Below are positions 35,355-37,504 of a stretch of DNA of 37,504 nt, in pieces. The stretch is taken from the IMG/VR virus record IMGVR_UViG_2660238580_000001, positions 1 through 37,504 of that record. One strand, written 5' to 3'. Origin of the DNA: a virus. Taxonomy: Duplodnaviria; Heunggongvirae; Uroviricota; Caudoviricetes. Each line of letters begins with the position of its first letter. Within the stretch, counting starts at the first letter, position 1. The translations under genes and the position numbers were made by a program. The notes beneath the pieces were generated by a model, which saw only the letters and a program-made list of their open reading frames with translations, did not search any database and was not told where the DNA came from.

Positions 35355-36872
35355 TGGTCTATGAGTTACATAGTTTTTACTTATACCACTGGTGGAAGAA
35401 ATGGTGCTGAATCAGTGAGTTCACCTGATGCCTCCTCTTTGCTTGATGATGCTGTTGAAGTTGATGTGGCATTTTCTTTTGTGTTTTGGGGTTTATCGTG
35501 GATTGGGCCGTTTTGTATCGCTGGTTTATCTGGTTTTCGTGCGTGGTTCTTACTGTTTATAACTATGATGGTGAAACACGGGAATATATTTTCACATCAA
35601 CTGAATATCTTGCTGTGGGTGTCGGCATTCCGGCATGCTCCTGTTTAGATGCTTGTTACTGCTGTTATTGTTGTTATGCAATCTGCCGTTCTGCAGATTT
35701 TAACTTTTTGGTTTGTTTGCCTGGCCGCCGTGGTGCTGGTGTATATTTCCGTTGCGCCGGATATTGAATGGCCTTCGCCTCTGGGGGTTCTTGCCCTGTG
35801 ACTTCCGGCGCTGTGGTGGTGTTTGTTGCCTTCGCTGCGTGGGTTTGTTCGAGCTGGGTGTTCGGTCGTGTGGTTTCTGCTTGCGTCGGCTTCGGCGCGG
35901 CCTGCGCTTTGCGTTGGTTCCTGCTTGTTGCTGCCATTGCTTTCTTCATTCTTGTTTGACTGTGTTTTTCTGCCGGGTGTACTGTGGCGCAGTGCTGTGC
36001 CTCCGTATTTGTCGCTGTTTTGTCTTCCTTTGATTTGTTGACTGGCGTTAACGGGGCGATAGTGGTTGTATTTTCAGGGTATTCACCCGGGGCTGTGATT
36101 TCTTTTGATTCTCCTGTTTCAGTGCTATATACCGTTTCACCACGGTGGTCTGGCACATATACCCATGATTTTATTTCTGCAGTTCGTCAGCTTTCATACG
36201 CCGCTTTGTCTGTTTCCGGGGCCATTGTTTACTGTTCATATAATCGTTGGCCTGATTAATCAATTGCTGCTTCTCCAATTCGGCTGTATTCCTTTGTTTC
36301 TCCTTTGTTGTTGTTGGCATTTCTGTTTCTTGCGTGGGTGGCTTTTCTTTCGTTATTTGGTTTTTTGTTTTCGGTTGTGCTGCGGTCACGTTATTCTCCA
36401 CTTGCTGGTTCCGTGGTCTGGTTTCTTTTGTTCATGAGTCAGCTTGAGTGTAATCCTCTTTCATCTCCAGCGGATAGAAAGAGTTTGTAGTCGCGGAATC
36501 TCTTTCATTGTTTTTTCAGTCCTTCTCGCTAACTTTTTTTGCTGATGCTAAAATTGTTTCGTCGGGTCTAGGCTTTTTTGTTCTGTATGTGATTTTAGTC
36601 GGTTCGGGCCTTTTTGTAGGTATTCCATGATTATGAGAAATTACTGCATGTTGTTTGTTGTTTTGTGAGGTCCGACCGCTCTGCCCTCTGTTTGGGTCTT
36701 CCCTGGGGCGATTGGTTTCTCCATGTTGTTCAGTGCCTTTATTTGTCGGATAAGCCTTTGCCAGTTCCGGGTATTCTTGTGCTTTTTGATCTGCAGTGTT
36801 TGATTTCGGCCGGGTTGTTGTCGGCGTGTCAGGTATCTGATTCGCCCCTGTCCCTACATTCCTTTTAGCCGC
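35001..36872. other. Invertible (G-segment-like) DNA segment with extreme strand-asymmetric base composition
   Basis: Bounded by inverted gix-like sites next to a serine invertase. Hand counts in 60-nt samples (A/C/G/T): 2/11/20/27, 5/6/17/32, 5/6/19/30, 1/18/20/21, 2/9/16/33. Overlapping stop-free ORFs occur on both strands. Confidence 0.6.
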
Positions 36873-36898
36873 TTCTCCCAAACCAACCTTTTAGAAAA
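36873..36898. repeat. gix/hix-like recombination site (right), upstream of the invertase gene
   Basis: TTCTCCCAAACC-AA-CCTTTTAGAAAA; first 14 nt identical to the reverse complement of the left site. Confidence 0.6.
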
Positions 36899-36952
36899 TG
36901 CAGTTATTCGGCTCAGATGGCATGATCCCGGATTTTTACAGGGTTATTTCTC

Positions 36953-37504
36953 ATGCTCATCGGCTATGTACGCGTGTCAACAAATGACCAGAACACTGCA
37001 TTGCAACGAAACGCGCTGGAGTGCGCAGGATGTGAACTGATATTCGAGGATAAGATCAGCGGCAGAACGTCTGACAGGCCGGGCTTGAAGAAAGTACTCA
37101 GGACTCTGTCTGAAGGCGATACGCTGGTGGTCTGGAAACTGGATCGACTCGGTCGCAGCATGCGGCATCTTGTCGTTTTGGTGGAGGAGCTTCGGGAAAA
37201 GGGTATTAACTTTCGCAGCCTGACCGACAGCATAGATACGTCTTCACCAATGGGACGCTTTTTCTTCCATGTCATGGGCGCACTTGCAGAAATGGAAAGG
37301 GAGCTGATAGTCGAACGTACCAGGGCGGGATTGGCTGCGGCTCGTGAAGAAGGGCGAATAGGTGGGCGTCGATCAAAGCTAACTGATGAACAGTGGGCGC
37401 AGGCAGGCAGGTTGATTGCAGCAGGTGAATCACGACAGCGTGTGGCATTAATTTACGATGTTGGGATATCGACGCTATATAAAAAATTTCCGGCAACCAG
37501 GTAA
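36953..37504 (+). CDS. Serine DNA invertase (Pin/Gin/Hin/Cin family)
   Basis: 183 aa; close match to E. coli Pin as I recall it (MLIGYVRVSTNDQNT ... VVWKLDRLGRSMRHLV ... GRIGGRR ... YDVGISTLYK), including the catalytic serine motif and C-terminal HTH. Confidence 0.93.
   Translation: MLIGYVRVSTNDQNTALQRNALECAGCELIFEDKISGRTSDRPGLKKVLRTLSEGDTLVVWKLDRLGRSMRHLVVLVEELREKGINFRSLTDSIDTSSPMGRFFFHVMGALAEMERELIVERTRAGLAAAREEGRIGGRRSKLTDEQWAQAGRLIAAGESRQRVALIYDVGISTLYKKFPATR

Larger units (their letters stand above)
1445..37504. mobile_element. Lambdoid-type prophage integrated at thrW (left junction at the tRNA 3' end; right end beyond window)
   Basis: Integrase stop codon lies 15 nt after the tRNA; uninterrupted phage gene order int-xis-early left-cI-cro-replication-Q-lysis-terminase-head-tail-invertase. 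Exact att core not delimited because attR is outside the window. Confidence 0.9.

Noticed and set aside
35001-36872. Track ORFs inside the invertible segment on both strands (35361..35648, 35486..35767, 35713..36033, 35984..36259, 36105..36437, 35674..36156 minus, 36171..36401 minus, 36516..36881 minus and others) as protein-coding genes
   Set aside because: They overlap in all frames because the extreme A depletion (plus) and T depletion (minus) removes stop codons; products are low-complexity. Only the fibre-like motifs at the two ends look inherited from real coding sequence.
35001-36872. Explaining the skew as a position-wise superposition of the segment and its own reverse complement with a T>G>C>A tie-break
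   Set aside because: The predicted mirror relation (complement of the base at the mirrored position never outranking the local base) failed at 9 of the first 60 positions, versus about 4 expected by chance. An ungapped superposition is therefore not supported, although an artefact with indels is not excluded.
1-37504. CRISPR arrays, additional tRNA or rRNA genes, insertion sequences
   Set aside because: No evenly spaced direct repeats with unique spacers, no further cloverleaf-like sequences, and no transposase-like ORFs or terminal inverted repeats were seen.

Overview
The window opens with the host proA gene and tRNA-Thr (thrW), then runs into a lambdoid-type prophage integrated at thrW that continues past the window end. 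Left to right: a P22-like integrase and excisionase, a short leftward early operon, a cI-like repressor and Cro with palindromic operators, a rightward early operon (cII-like, iteron-bearing replication initiator, PerC-like, Dam-type methylase, LexA-DBD-only protein, RusA, KilA-N, DUF968, Q antiterminator), lysis genes, an HK97-like packaging and head module, a Mu-like contractile tail module, and a tail fibre gene entering a Gin/Pin-type invertible segment next to a serine invertase. The main candidate for a novel system is a convergent, AT-rich two-gene cassette (YejK/NA37-like protein plus a C-terminally membrane-anchored protein) lodged between Q and the lysis genes. The second striking signal is that the invertible segment has an extreme strand-asymmetric composition (plus-strand A about 2-8 percent, T about 50 percent), so its many ORFs are not credible genes. 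Other accessory cargo includes three further moron-like genes and a GC-rich structured non-coding island. All family assignments are from reading the translations by eye; no searches were run.
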